Assembly (NCBI GenBank): GCA_964016885.1
Contig: OZ024743.1
Location: 70,618,001-70,682,000, forward strand
Origin: Eledone cirrhosa
Lineage: Eukaryota
Direction: 5' to 3'
Length of the DNA: 64,000 nucleotides
In this document: piece after piece, positions 28,129-42,840 of the stretch
How the letters are laid out: each line of letters starts with the position of its first letter
Position numbering within the stretch: the stretch's first letter is position 1
Program-made: the position numbers and the translations under genes
The notes under the pieces: model-generated
What the model was told of the DNA's origin: nothing
Database searches by the model: none
The model's input: only the letters and a program-made list of their open reading frames with translations

Positions 28129-29202
28129 TACCTCATTAAGGATTTCAAAACACGTCTGCAATGCGCGAGATAGAATCTCGAAAAGGCGGAGGGAGAGTCA
28201 ATCACGTGATACAGCGGCAAGAAACAGAGCTAAGCCCCTTATAACCCTGAAAAACAATACCACGGAGGCGGAGGGGGTATTCATATCAAAGCCGTAGAAG
28301 AGCTGGTTTGAGGAGGCGAGAAGTATTAGTAATGGTAGCTACCCAACAGTCACTACACTTCAAAGGTTACTCGGCCAAAGGGAGTTATAAACAATATATA
28401 GAGAGAAACACACAGATACATGCGGACACATACGCATACATGAATATATCCACATATATCCATGAGTTAGTGGTGCCAACCTCAACCGATGTTGCTCTAT
28501 GAATAACTGGTACAAAACAATCCGAATGGATTAGACTGAGTCAGTATCAGAGCTATATAGTACATTATGAAGAGAAGAAACATTAGATATAATTAGTAAT
28601 AAGATATATCATACCTAGCTGTTTCTATACCTAGCTGTTTCTATCTCTATGATCTAGTGTTTTTGCATAATATGCCACGAAACTACGTAGTCGGTGACTC
28701 TAGAAACAGCTAGGTATGATATATCTTATTACTAATTATATCTAATGTTTCTTCTCTCTTCATAATGTATTATATAGCTGTGATAGTGAATCAGTCTAAG
28801 CCATTCGGATTGTTTTGTACCAGTTATTCATAGAGCAACATCGGTTGAGGTTGACACCACTAACTCATGGATATGTGTGGATATATTCATGTATGTGTAT
28901 GTGTCCGCATGTATCTGTGTGTTTCTCTCTATATATTGTTTATAACTCCCTTTACTCGAGTAACCTTTGAAGTGTAGTGACTGCTGGGTAGCTACCATTA
29001 CTCATACTTCTCGCCTCCTCAAAACCCTCTTCTACGGCTTTGATGTGAATACCCCCTCCGTCTCCGTGGTATTTTTTTTTCAGGGTTATAAGGGGCTTAG
29101 CTCTGTTTCTTGACCGCTGTATCACGTGATTGACTCTCCCTCCGCCTTTTCGATATTCTATCTCGCGCATTGCAGACGTGTTTTGAAATCCTTAATGAGG
29201 TA

Positions 29203-29296
29203 TCCCCTTGATAAGTCGGCAGAACCTCACAAAGACTCTATATCTCTATGATCTAGTATTTTTGCATAATATGCCACGAAACTACGTAGTCGGGGA
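29203..29296 (+). ncRNA. Type I hammerhead with U3-A8 core variant
   Basis: tcccc-TTGATAA-gtcggca...tgccac-GAAA-ctacgtag-TC-gggga. GUC triplet, palindromic stem III ACTACGTAGT. Confidence 0.7.
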
Positions 29297-29623
29297 CTAT
29301 AGAAACAGCTAGATATGATATATCTTATTACTAATTATATCTAATGTTTCTTCTCTTCATAATGTATTATATAGCCCTGATACTGAATCAGTCTAATCCA
29401 TTCGGATTATTTTGTCCCAGTTATTCATAGAGGAACATCGGTTGAGGTTGGCACCACTAACTCAGGGATATGTGTGGATATATTCATGTATGTGTATGTG
29501 TCCGCATGTATCTGTGTGTTTGTCTCTCTCTATATATATATACTGGAGATAGATTGATGAGCTTATTCTGCAGTGGATATGGTGCATGTCTCTCAGACAT
29601 GACAACACTTAATTTAATTTTGG

Positions 29624-29654
<31 letters not shown>

Positions 29655-29691
29655 TGTGTGTGTGTGCGTGTGCGTGTGTGTGTGTGTTTTC

Positions 29692-29756
<65 letters not shown>

Positions 29757-30124
29757 CGTGCGCGTGGGTGTGTGTGTGTTTGTTTGTGTGTGCGAGTGTA
29801 TTGAAGATATCTAACAATCAGTAAATATGTTTCCCTGTGTGCTAAAAGCGGTCAACAGCTTGCAAGTAGTTAATAAAGAGTGTGTAATGTTAAACCGCAC
29901 CCTGTTTTCTCAAGGGGGAACAGAAATGTCAAAAAAAGGGGGTTAATTATTGTGTGACACATGTAAGATCGTGTACAATTATTTTATCAATTAAATACAG
30001 ATGTAGTTAATTGCTAGAGGCAATCTATATTGCTAGGGGTATGGCTACTGTGTTGGAGTTGAAGAGGGAATCAGATGAAATAATACATACATATAAGAAT
30101 GTCTGACGAGGGTAGAAGGGTGAT

Positions 30125-31200
30125 ATGTGGTCGATATTGTTGTTGTTGTTGTTGCTGGTGGTGATCTTAATGTGGTGGTTGTTATTCTGGTTGTTGTTGT
30201 TAATGTGGTTGTTGTGATGCTGGTTGTAGTTGTGTTTTTTGTTATGTTCGTTGTCGTTGTTATTTTGGTGGTGGTGGTGGTAGTAGTTGTTTTGGTAGTG
30301 GTGGTGGTGGTGGCGGTGATCGTGGTGGTGGTGGTGGTGGTTTTGGTGGTTGTTGTTGTTTTGGTAATGGTGGTGGTGGTGTTGGTGGTGGTTGTTGTAG
30401 TGGTGGTGGTGATGGTTGTGGTGGTTGTTGTTTAGATAGTGGTGGTGGTGGTGGTGGTTGTGGTGGTTGTTATGGTGGTGGTGGTGGTTGTGGTAGTTGT
30501 TGTTGTTTTGGTAGTGGTGGTGGTGGTTGTTGTTGTGGTGGTGGTGGTTGTGGTGGTTTTTGTTGTTTTGGTAGTGGTGGTGGCGGTGGTTGTGGTGGTT
30601 GTTGTTTTGGTAGTGGTGTTGGTGGTGGGTGTGGTGGTTGTTGTTGTTGTGGTGGTGGTGGTGGTTGTGGTGGTTGTGGTGGTTGTTGTGGTGGTTGTTG
30701 TTGTTTTGGTAGTGGTGGTGGTGGTGATGGTTGTTATGGTGGTGGTGGTTGTGGTGGTTGTTGTTGTTTTGGTAGTTGTGTTGGTTATGGTGGTTGTTGA
30801 TGTTTTGGTAGTGGTGGTGGTGGTAGTTGTCGTTGTTGTTCTTGTTGTTTCGCTAGTGGTGATGATGGTGGTGGTGGTGGTGGTGGTGGTTGTGCTGGTG
30901 GTGATTGTGCTGGTGGTGGTGGTAGTTGTGGTGGTGGTGGTGGTAGTTGTGGTGGTGGTGGTGGCGGTGGTGGTGTTGGTGGTGGTGATGATGGTGGTGG
31001 TTGTGGTGGTGGTGGTGGTGGTGGTGGTGGTGGTGGTGGTGGTGGTGGTGGTGGTGGTGGTGGTGGTGGTGGTGGTGGTGGTGGTGGTGGTGGTGGTGGT
31101 GATTGTGGTGGTGGTAGTGATGGTGGTAGTGGTGGTGGTGGTGGTGGTTGTTGTTGTCGTGGGAATTACTGTTATGGTTTTGTTGTTATCGTTGTTGTTT
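30125..31200. repeat. Imperfect (GGT/GTT)n trinucleotide tract
   Basis: Directly visible; source of the poly-V and poly-T ORFs. Confidence 0.95.
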
Positions 31201-31907
31201 AGCCACCGGTTGGTCGTAATCTGGTAAACCAATCATCAACGGCTTTCTAGTTGTGAACATTCCAAATTATTTTATCGAGGCATAATATACCGTAAACTAA
31301 ATTATATTCATTCTGTTCTATGAAAGAAGTACAAAAGATTGTTTGGTTGTCATTTGAGGGAGATTTAGCAACTATTTCTGAAAACAAGATAGAATAGAAT
31401 GCAGACAAGGTATGCAAAGATTAATGCCGGAAGGAGGTTAATACAGATAGGTTTTCGTCAGAAAAATAAGGAGAGTGGCGGAGGAGGAGTGTTGTCACAC
31501 TGGTAAATAAAAAGTCGTTAAATGCAAGAGGGAGTACGTAGCGTTACAATAGTAAAGGATAGCAAAGTTGCACTGGAAAAAAGAACTGCTAGACGAACGA
31601 ACACAAGCACACATTTTCCTCATCAGCCACTCCCTGGGATAAAGCAAATTCGTGAATAAGGTTGGTATCGCATATATATATATATGTGTGTGTGTGTGTG
31701 TATGTGTGTGTGTGCGCCTGTGTGTGCCTGTGTGTGCGCCTGTGTGTGCGCGTGTGTGTGTGTGTGTGTGTGTTACGATTAAACCAGTATTAAACTAGTT
31801 AGACCATTATTCAACAAATACTTGGGATAGTAGTCGAAAAGGCAAGAAAACAGTCGTTGGGCGCCTAATCTTTCTAATATATATATATATACATATACAC
31901 ACACGTA

Positions 31908-32009
<102 letters not shown>

Positions 32010-32219
32010 CATATATATATGAATGTATGTATAGTATTTTTGGCAATATACTGTATGTTTAATTAAAAACATTTAGAAGACCATTCGTTATGAGTTTTAA
32101 AGTAGTGACATAGTCACTTACTTATTCTCGGCAAATAACAACAGAGAGTGATCGACAGACAGTCTGTTTCTCGCTTGTGAGCGTTTATCAATACCACACA
32201 CTCCGCTGCCTTTGCAATA

Positions 32220-32635
32220 TCAGCCGTACTAAGAGTGAGAAATGAAATTTCATTTTTTCCATTTATCGTTTCGGTACGCCCGGCCGACTAACTCACTTGA
32301 TATGCAAATTAGGCTGCTCAGCCGTTAATATGCATAAGGAAAGTATATATTTCAAACGTTCAATCATCTGACAGGAAGGTATACGATGCTGACGAAAGCT
32401 AATAAGCTTGAAACTAGTTCATCGTTCCTTTGTCAGTGTTGAACAAAAGGGCAACGATGGTTGCCGAACACTGTACGGCTTAATTGGGCTGTTTGTTTAC
32501 AAACAAACCGAGCATTATAATAAATGTTCGGTAAACCCATACGTACATATATATATATATATGTGTGCATGTATGTATATATATACATACTACTGTACGT
32601 CTGTATACATATATGTATGTACGTATACATACATT

Positions 32636-32640
<5 letters not shown>
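32220..32640 (+). mobile_element. Diverged dispersed copy of the 472-bp HHR unit
   Basis: Homologous to the array. Octamer at 32302-32309 and HHR at 32384-32424. Confidence 0.8.
32384..32424 (+). ncRNA. Minimal type I hammerhead ribozyme (472-bp family)
   Basis: cgatg-CTGACGA-aagctaataagctt-GAAA-ctag-TT-catcg. Confidence 0.8.
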
Positions 32641-32677
<37 letters not shown>

Positions 32678-32746
32678 CTCCTGTTTTATCTGATGAAAAC
32701 ACAAATATTATTGCATGATGATGTTTGTTTTTGAAATGCACATAAT

Positions 32747-32788
<42 letters not shown>

Positions 32789-33309
32789 ATATATGTAAAT
32801 ATATATGTATATATGCGTATGTATATTCATATATTTTACATATGTTTGTATGTATGGATTTAGGCATGTGTGTACAAGGATATGTATATAAATCTGTATG
32901 TGTTTATGTACATATATATAGATGTGTGTGTGTGTATTGGTTTATGCATGTGTGTGCATGAAAATGCATATGTGTATGTGTAAAATCATGTGTGTGTATG
33001 CATGTGTATGTGGGTGTGGATGCGTGTATACATGTGTATGTGAGTATTCATGTGTGTGTGAGTATGTCTGTGTGTATATATATATTTGTGTGTATGTGCG
33101 TGTGTTTGTGTGTGTGTGTATCTATACATAATCTATAGTGTGTATGTAAACAGTGGTGTTTATCAGTACTAGCTCTCCAAAGATCGATGGAAATAACATT
33201 CTGGAACATTACTGAGTAGTAGTGGTGGTGGTGGTGGTGGTGGTGGTGATGTGGGTGGGGCTAGTCGTGGTGGAGGTGGTGATTGAGATGGTGTTATCTG
33301 GGTTTCCAT

Positions 33310-33975
33310 GGTCCTTTTCTTCTGCCAGGAGTTGTGACTAGCAGACAGTATCAGCAACGGAATGAACCCATGAAAACAGTTTTCATTGTCAGATCTGATG
33401 ATCAGCTCCTTTCTTCTGCCAGGAGATGTGACGGAGAGATAGTATCAACAATGGAAAGATCAAGGGAGACATAATCCTATTTGTCAGATCTGATGATCAG
33501 CTCCTTTCTTCTGCCAGGAGATGTGACGGAGAGATAGTATCAACAATGGAAAGATCAAAGGAGACATAGTCTTATTTGTCAGATCTGATGATCAGCCCCT
33601 TTCTTCTGCCAGGAGATGTGACCGGCAGACAGTATCAACAATTGAAAGGTCAAGGGTAACATAGATTCTTTGGTCCGATCTGATGATCAACTCCAGAAGG
33701 ACCCATTAATAGTTTTCTTTGTCCGATCTGATGATTACCTCCTTTACTTCTACCAGGAGATTTGTGACCGGCAAATAGTATCAGCAACAGAAAGACCCAT
33801 CAAAACAGTTTTCTTTGTTCGATCTGATGATCAGCTCCTTTCTTCTGCCAGGAGATGTGTGGCCGGCAAATAGTATCAGCAACAGAAAGACCCATCCAAA
33901 CAGTTTTCTTTGTCCGATCTGATGGACAATGGAAAGATCAAGGGAAACATAGTTTCTTTTGTCCGATCTAATAAT
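33310..33975. repeat. ~95-bp minisatellite, ~6-7 copies
   Basis: gatctgatgatcagctcctttcttctgccaggagatgtgac at a spacing of about 95 (33391, 33486, 33581, ...). Confidence 0.9.
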
Positions 33976-34631
33976 CGGCTTCAGTAATGTTTGTTGTTTC
34001 TTTTTGGGTTTTTGTTTCGAGTAAAGAATACATTATTAATGTTTGGAGAGAAAATCACGTGGCCTGAATCTGTTGGTAGTAACAAACACTGTAGCGTCCA
34101 TTCCTGCGCTAGTCGGGAAAGAATTGAAATCAATATATTTCTAGAACTGGATGGATCTTGTTCGTTTTGGCTTGTACTGGATCAAAAATAGACACAACTT
34201 TCCCTATGTAATCAATATCTTAGTAGTTTCGCTTTAAATTATGGTCTTATTTAATATATGGAAGCCGCGAGGGACAGCACTGGTTTCTATGGATTCATGC
34301 AGTTTTGCTATATGGAAATATGGAAATATTATTAGTTCGTGTGGATATCTATCCGCAATTCTTGTCTAGGATTTCCGTTTGGACCGACTATCAGCAGATA
34401 GCTGTCTATTGACTATGCCAGATTTTTATAATAATTGCACACACACACATATACACACACACCCACACATTCACACACACATGAATATATATATGTATAT
34501 ATATCATCATCGTTTAAGTCCATCTTCCACGCTAGTATGGGAAGGACTATATATATATATATATATATACGGTTCGAAGACCGGAAAAAAACAGAAATTA
34601 TTGTAGTACTCGATGCATGATGAGATGTAGA

Positions 34632-34674
<43 letters not shown>

Positions 34675-34755
34675 TAAGTTATTCCGGGTTGAATCGGAGG
34701 TAACCACAGTAAGTAAGGTACTCAATACATAGCAGAGTATAAAGTTTTGAGCCAC

Positions 34756-34803
34756 ATTCCTGACGATTTCTAAAGAATGAAACAGTTCTAGTCCTGTAGA
34801 ATC
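34756..34803 (+). ncRNA. Type I hammerhead ribozyme (family A)
   Basis: attc-CTGACGA-tttctaaagaat-GAAA-cagttctagtcctg-TA-gaat. Preceded by an inverted piece of the same repeat at ~34675-34745. Confidence 0.75.
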
Positions 34804-34859
34804 TCATCTATATTAAAACTATATATACATATATATATATATATATTATATATAGCTGG

Positions 34860-35200
34860 AATGGACCTCCATTAGTTTCGGCAAAGAGCATCCCGATTTT
34901 TCGATCAACGAAATTTACTTGTAACTGACTTACCGTTCCAGTGACATACATACCCTTAACCTTGTTCTCAGGGAGATTCAGCATGACAACGCATGGCAAG
35001 GCTGGTCCTATGAATTACAGAAATAGTAAATTCCACAAGCCTCCAAACTATTTCCCTTTTACCCATTACACAATGTTACTCATGTGGAACAATTTGCCCC
35101 CAGGCTATGAGAAATCACATTTTCTGGAAGTGCCAAGCAGTGGAATCGAACCTGCGAGCTTATGAGTTATAAGTGAACTTCTTAACTATTCAGTCATGCC
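34860..35200 (-). mobile_element. Diverged SINE (second family); paralogue at ~60155-60365
   Basis: Both share cccttaa...cagggagattcag. Reverse B-box ggaatcgaacc at ~35142. Confidence 0.55.
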
Positions 35201-35455
35201 TGGTGGTACTTAGTTTTGTTACAAATTTTGCTATGTCATCCTTGCCTATCAACCTTCAGGGTTCGTTAAAATAAAATACCAGTTATATAGTGGTGCTGAT
35301 ATTGTTGTAGTAATCAACCGTACCGTATTTTTCAAAACAAGATTTAACCGATGATCTTTTTGGACGCTCTCAGTTTCAGTTTCGTCTCGTATGGAGATTA
35401 ATAGTTACACAGAAGAGGACTACTCTTTGTCGTTTCTTCGTGGCAAATAGGGTGA

Positions 35456-35660
35456 TTACATAATAGCTTTGTATCTCTGTTCCTTGAAATCTGTAAGGTC
35501 TTTTGAACTGCATTCCTGGAGTAGTAAAGAGAAAACAAGACAGTTTTTGTAGGTGGCAGGTCCAGTCTTTGTAGCCACATCTGACTTAAGCAGCTTTGGA
35601 TCAATATCAACGACTGTCATGAACCATGTGACTTTAGTTCCTGAACAGCCGATATTTCTT
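35456..35660 (-). CDS. Possible terminal coding exon of an unknown host gene
   Basis: (TTTC)n tract plus ttAG, then 67 open codons RNIGCSGTKVTWFMTVVDIDPKLL...QRYKAIM*. No homology recognised. Confidence 0.2.
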
Positions 35661-35662
35661 CT

Positions 35663-35995
<333 letters not shown>

Positions 35996-36879
35996 GACAG
36001 AGAGACAGACAGACAGAAAGACAGACAGACAAACAGATAGACAGAGGGAGAGAGACAGATAGTGGAAGAATCAATACCGGAAATGGACTGGACTGGTATT
36101 TTATTTCTCAGCCCCGAAATGTTGAACAATAAAGATGACCACAACGGGATTTGAATTCAGACCGCAGAAAACTGGAACGAATTCTGCGAATCTGTCTATT
36201 CAACATTCTAACGACCCTGTTTGATCATTATAGCTGAACGATAATGGGAAGGTCTGGTGGGGAAGAAAGTGTAAATGGTTATATTATGTTCCTACTTTCC
36301 CTATAAGTATTAGGAAAATTTAGTGAAGTAGATTGAAATGAGGACAGCAAACAGCGTCACAGTCTTTGATTTTACAGACTACTTAACTTGTTGCTCTTCG
36401 ACAATCTACAACTATTTTTTATAAAATTACCATCTCGAGTTAATAATTATGGCAATCGCTTTAGATAAAGAAAAAAAAGTGGGAAAGAAATAGACAGAAG
36501 GAAAATATCAAGTATCATGGCGACGTCCATTTTATAGCGAAATTACAAGAGAACATGCAATTGTCCTCGGCTCATCAAAGCTTGCTACATCTCTCCGGGT
36601 TCATTATTCTCTAGAATATAGAAACGCCTCCAGTCCACCATTAATGAAGGCCGCGAGCTCGCTCGGTCGCACGCGATTGCTTGTAAGGACCACACATTCT
36701 CTATCACTGTCTCTCCAGTATCATTCTCGCACTCTCTTTATCTCTCTCTCTTTCACGCACTCTCTCTCTCTCACTTTCTACCTCTACTGTGTGTGTATGT
36801 GTGTCCGTATATGATTGTATGTGTAAGCATGTATCTTTCCTGATCGATTTACCTATTGATTGGTCAATCGATTGATCAT

Positions 36880-36961
<82 letters not shown>

Positions 36962-37213
36962 CACATATATTTCTTTATCTACCTACCTACCTACCTACCT
37001 ACCTACCTACCTACCTACCTACCTACCTACATACATACATACATACATACATACATACATACACACACAATATATTTCACTAGCTTTCGTGCAATCAATA
37101 AACACAGTTTTACATATTGGGAAATAACAAAATATGGCAAGTCTCTCGTAAAATCATTGGCCGTTAATCTCTGCCTTTCTCCTTCTCTGTTTGTAGATTT
37201 GTGTATGCCTAGG

Positions 37214-37262
<49 letters not shown>

Positions 37263-37586
37263 GTGTGTCTGTGTGTGTATATGTATATGTATACGTGTAT
37301 ATATGTACATATATATATATATATGTATACTTGGGGAGGGTCATATTGTTGTAATAATATTGCCAGAAATAATAACGGAACACACTCACTGACTATATAT
37401 AGTCTAACAAATTCTTTCGTTGCACGTCTGCAACATCGTCAGTGGTGCTATTATGTTTCCGCCTGTTGTGTTGTATGTCTACGCCATCTTTATTTAATCT
37501 GTTTATTTATTTATCAAAAACCTCGCAAAACTAATTCATCGCCGCCATATATATATGGACTTCCAACAAATTACATACCACTTCTA

Positions 37587-37656
<70 letters not shown>

Positions 37657-37670
37657 TATCTGTTTATGTA

Positions 37671-37778
<108 letters not shown>

Positions 37779-37813
37779 TATCTGTTTATGTAAACATATA
37801 TATATATATATAT

Positions 37814-38421
37814 GGTGGCTGCCAACTCGTTTTCGAGTACGGCCACTACTTTATATCCATATAGGAGAACCCCTACCGATGCGCTGAACGAGTGTGACCT
37901 TTTAGTCCAGCCAGCGACTTGAAAACTCTGGTACAAACACTACACTTGTGACAAATATTGACACATAGTGCTGGGCCCATGTTACCCTGTGACGACAAGT
38001 GCAGAGAGATTTCCAGATATAAAGCAATGCCTGTGCCGTGAAGCTTTTATAGTGAGCAAAGGCACTGCACAAAGCCAGTCCCACTCTCTTAACCAAGATG
38101 ATATTTACCAAAAAGAAGAACAAGTCAACATCATTGGATACCATCAGAGTTGCAGGTGTTACATCAGAGTTTTCCTTCTCCTAGAATTCTGCCTTGACAA
38201 AGGCTAAGGGGTCATCTCTCCCGGTGATTTTGGATGGCCATTGACTCTTAAGAGCTCCTTTGCCCTTTGACAGGTCTTGTTTTTAGTCCTGCAGGATGTC
38301 CAAAGTCACCCTCCTCACCAAGAAACCTTGGTGGGGTTGCCAGTTTAGTCGCCAACGACCCGACCATGAGACAGGTTGTACTGGGATACATGTTACCAGT
38401 AGCACCAACTGGTGACCTGAC
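37814..38421 (-). mobile_element. ~610-bp non-autonomous element (family E) in (TA)n
   Basis: Near-identical to 56277-56884. The minus strand has ctaggagaaggaaaactctga, which resembles RTE 5' regions. Terminal hairpin. Confidence 0.7.
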
Positions 38422-38437
38422 ATATATATATATATAT

Positions 38438-38625
<188 letters not shown>

Positions 38626-39619
38626 TTACTCATCGCTGGAACAGCCGTTAAAACAGCTAAATGCTGTCAAAGACAGCGATGGGCAAAAATGCCTCAGAGG
38701 ACGGAGACCAGCAGCCGGTGGTCAACAGAAAGACAATCCACAAGGTGGGTGACAAGCAGATGAAATATAGAAAAGATTAAAAGAGGATATGAAGTAGTGG
38801 GTTTGGTTGGGTTTTTTTACCTAGGAATGAAAGACCCCCAGTTATTGTCATAACACCTTTCTAAGAGAGGGAAACTCTGAAAAAAAAAATCCTGCGGCTT
38901 GGGAAACATCCGATGATGGTGACCAGTTCTCCTTTTCGAGTAGTGCTTTCGATGCCCAAAGAGTGGCATTGATCGAGTGCAAGGCCTTTCCCCACTTCAA
39001 AGCACAGGCATTGCTTGTTCAGGATCTTTTGCAGGCTCGTGTGGCTGGCCGTAGCCTAAAAGTGCACCATTTTCTGTAATCTGACAATCGATTGCAATAA
39101 TCTTAGCAGAGCCTGCAGCAATCATATGTATGGGAATGATTGTGTGTATGTGTGTAAATATATATGTAATATATGTATGTTTGTCTTATATATATGCTCA
39201 CCTTAAATTTCATAAAATGTTGTCCGTGGTCAGAGGATGTTATCCTGAATATTCTGCTATTCTATAGGGATTGTTTGGGTCTGCTCGTCAGCTCTGGTAC
39301 TCAAAATTAAGTGGACGCTTAAGTCCAGTCCGTTACTACGTGCTGTATGATTCCGACAGAGCATATAAAGCCCTCGTCTGTTTATTGCTTCAGCAAAACG
39401 CTCAACTTAGTAGGAGCATTGGACTAGCGGATCACCCAGGATGACATCTCCTGTCCATGGACAACAATTTATGGAATTTAACCCGCAGGAGTAAGAACAC
39501 TTATGGGAGAGACCCTCCCCCCTCTCCCCTGCTACACACAAATTGGCAGACCACTGTGAACTCTATTCCAACCCCTGTCTTCACGTTATTCTCCATATTT
39601 TCCCCTATCTTCCCTATCC

Positions 39620-39805
39620 TTGATTGGCAGTATCGGTAGAGGGTCGGGTACCATGCTTTGACGCATAGAGTTACGGCCCTTGTCATTCTGAGTTCAAATC
39701 CCACCGAGGTTAACTTTGCCATTCAACCTTACGACGTCGATAAAATAAAGTACCAGTAATACACTGGGATAACTGCTGGCCTTCTGCCAAAAGTAGATAC
39801 AATTA
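39620..39805 (+). mobile_element. tRNA-derived SINE
   Basis: A-box tggcagtatcgg and B-box gagttcaaatcc. Confidence 0.85.
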
Positions 39806-41710
39806 TATATTTAGACACAAATACCTGTTTGGATACGCTTGTGCGGATCTCAAACTATTTTATAATATTTCTTTCCATCTATTTCTTTAACTTTATTATA
39901 TTATATGTACTTGTCACTTTAACTTAAAAGTCATAAAAGAAAATAAGAAATTTCACACCAAATAAAGAAAATGATGGACATCAGCAAGGAATGTTCTGAC
40001 CATTTCAAGAAGGTCAACTGAAGAGTTACCCTATAATTGTTTCTACTTTTGGCATAAGGCCAGCAATAACCCAGCACATTACTGGTACTTTATTTTATCG
40101 ACCCCGTAAGGATGAAAGGCAAAGTTAACATATAATGTTAGGATAGAATTACTTCTAAACACAACCAGAAGGATATAGTCCGAATGTGGAAGAGCCGAAC
40201 TCTCACTGTCATCGACTCCATCTCTCTCGCCATCCCCATCTCTCTGTATGGTGAGCAAATGTGGTCCCACGTGCTGGCCTCGCCACAGCCCAGGCGGACT
40301 TCTTTTTTTGACCTCGTATCTTTTTATCTCGTACATTGTTACATACCATGCTGTTTTTCTTCTACTATATGACTATGATTATACCCTAATTAACTCAATC
40401 TTTAACTTTAATTTATCTTTTATTCATCCTCACGTGTCTTACTCTGATATTTCCTTTAAGTTACCTTAAGTCAGACTACACCTAATTTACTGTATTTTAA
40501 TTCATCCCTCAGTCTTCTTCCCGTGTCTCATTTAGATAATCACTGTAAGTTTACCTTATGTTAGTCTATGCTATATAATTGTTAACGGAACCACCTGATA
40601 CCTTCTTACCGGTTAGGCATGGCGTCCCGAAGATCTTGATCGGTTTCACGGATATTTCATGCAAGCTACGAGGAAAAATCCTACTGCCCAACCCCCTCAC
40701 GGACATTTCCTAGATATCGTAAGATTTCACTCTGACGTCCCGGTCATCGAGTGCACCCGTCTCTGGGGCGAGAGGAATCGAACATCGGGATGTAATCCGT
40801 AGAGCTTGATTAAACGGGGAACTAGCAAGGGGTAGGGCTCTCATATTTACAGCCATTTTGAACCAGTTAAACCATAACTATATAACTACTACAGTATATA
40901 CTCTGGTTTATAGCTTACTCGATACTGGGATAGGGTATAAAAGACTGACAGATGTTAACGGCAGCAACAGTTGACTGATAAAATGACAAGTCAGTCAATC
41001 ATATTGGTAGCCTCCCCATAACCACGGCGGACAGATTGGAGAAGGCCTTTCCTCGGAGGACGGCAAAGGAGACGCACTGGAAAATCCATTCCAATTCGCG
41101 AGACTAACACCTGCGGCTGGCCAGCTCAGCGCCTATGGTGGGGAGTAGGGAGGTAGCCCTAGGGCCGAGGACACCAGAAGTCTCCACTGCCAAAGGCACG
41201 ACCGCAAACCTGTCGGAGAGCGACCGGTATTTGGAGAGTAGCTTAGGCCTACAGATATCTATTTTTCAATATATTTATCTCGTTCCCACATATTTATTCC
41301 TTTTAATTTATTTATTATAAATGTTCTTCTTGGTATCGATAATAATATTCACAGTTGTTGCAGATTTGTGATTTGTGGACAAAGTGGGGTTTGGAGGAGA
41401 TGGCTGCCTCTACTACCATAACAACAACTGACTGCGATGGAGGAGAGGGGAACGAGCAACTAGCTGCTTCCCTTACATCGATGACTTGCCACACTAAACA
41501 TCCGATGATAGTGACGTAATACTGGGACTGACCAGCACATCCGCCATAATTCTCAGGGTTATACAAGGGCCGGCCGGCGAAGAACACACATCCATACGAT
41601 CGGCCGTACCCTGTATCAAGAAAAGATTTTTTTCTTTTTCCGACGAAGTATTTGGATTTGTTTAAATTAAAAAATTATTTTGAGGAATTTTCAAGATTTT
41701 ATAGGTTTTG

Positions 41711-41768
41711 CCGTCTGAAGAGCTCAGGTTATCGTACTTCATAGACCTCGGTGAAATATGAATAACGG
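41711..41768 (+). ncRNA. Type I hammerhead ribozyme
   Basis: ccgt-CTGAAGA-gctcaggtt...gacctcggt-GAAA-tatgaa-TA-acgg. Confidence 0.6.
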
Positions 41769-41863
41769 AGTTTTAAATAAACCTGAATCAAATGATTAGG
41801 ATCTCTGATCTTTTAATATATATATATATATAACCAAATATGTGTATATATATATATATATAT

Positions 41864-42555
<692 letters not shown>

Positions 42556-42617
42556 AGAGAGAGAGAGTGAGAGAGATCAAGGAAACAAAAAAGCGAACAA
42601 ATAAAAGGATGCAATAT

Positions 42618-42713
<96 letters not shown>

Positions 42714-42804
42714 TTGTAAAAGGTAAACAGAAATAACAACACAATCGGTACAGTATATGGAAGGTATATATATTAGGTTAACGCTTGATATAGCAGGAAG
42801 AGTG

Positions 42805-42840
42805 TCTTAACGTTTCGGACGCTAGTCTTTCATCAGAAGA
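42805..42840 (-). ncRNA. Minimal type I hammerhead ribozyme (PLE pLTR-type)
   Basis: tctt-CTGATGA-aagactagcgtcc-GAAA-cg-TT-aaga. Palindromic AACGTT. A degenerate paralogue lies at ~19070-19104. Confidence 0.65.

Larger units (their letters stand above)
27962..29540. mobile_element. ~597-bp non-coding HHR unit, ~1.1 inverted plus ~1.5 direct tandem copies
   Basis: Period is 596 on the left arm (27962 vs 28558) and 599 on the right arm (28692 vs 29291). Inversion point ~28630. Flanked by (TA)n. Confidence 0.85.

Noticed and set aside
30127-31232. Poly-V and poly-T ORFs of up to 266 aa (mucin-like)
   Set aside because: Translation of a trinucleotide tract. The same applies to the YI, TH, ER, KKER and NK ORFs elsewhere.
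33310-33975. 95-bp tandem repeat containing CTGATGA and GAAA, considered as an HHR satellite
   Set aside because: I could not build stem I or stem III around an NUH site in any permutation, so I treat it as an ordinary minisatellite.
40190-40300. Repeat with ggtcccacgtgctggc (also ~17480-17610 and ~8795-8830), considered as an HDV-like ribozyme
   Set aside because: An L3-like loop is present, but P1 and P2 pairing is not consistent across the three copies.
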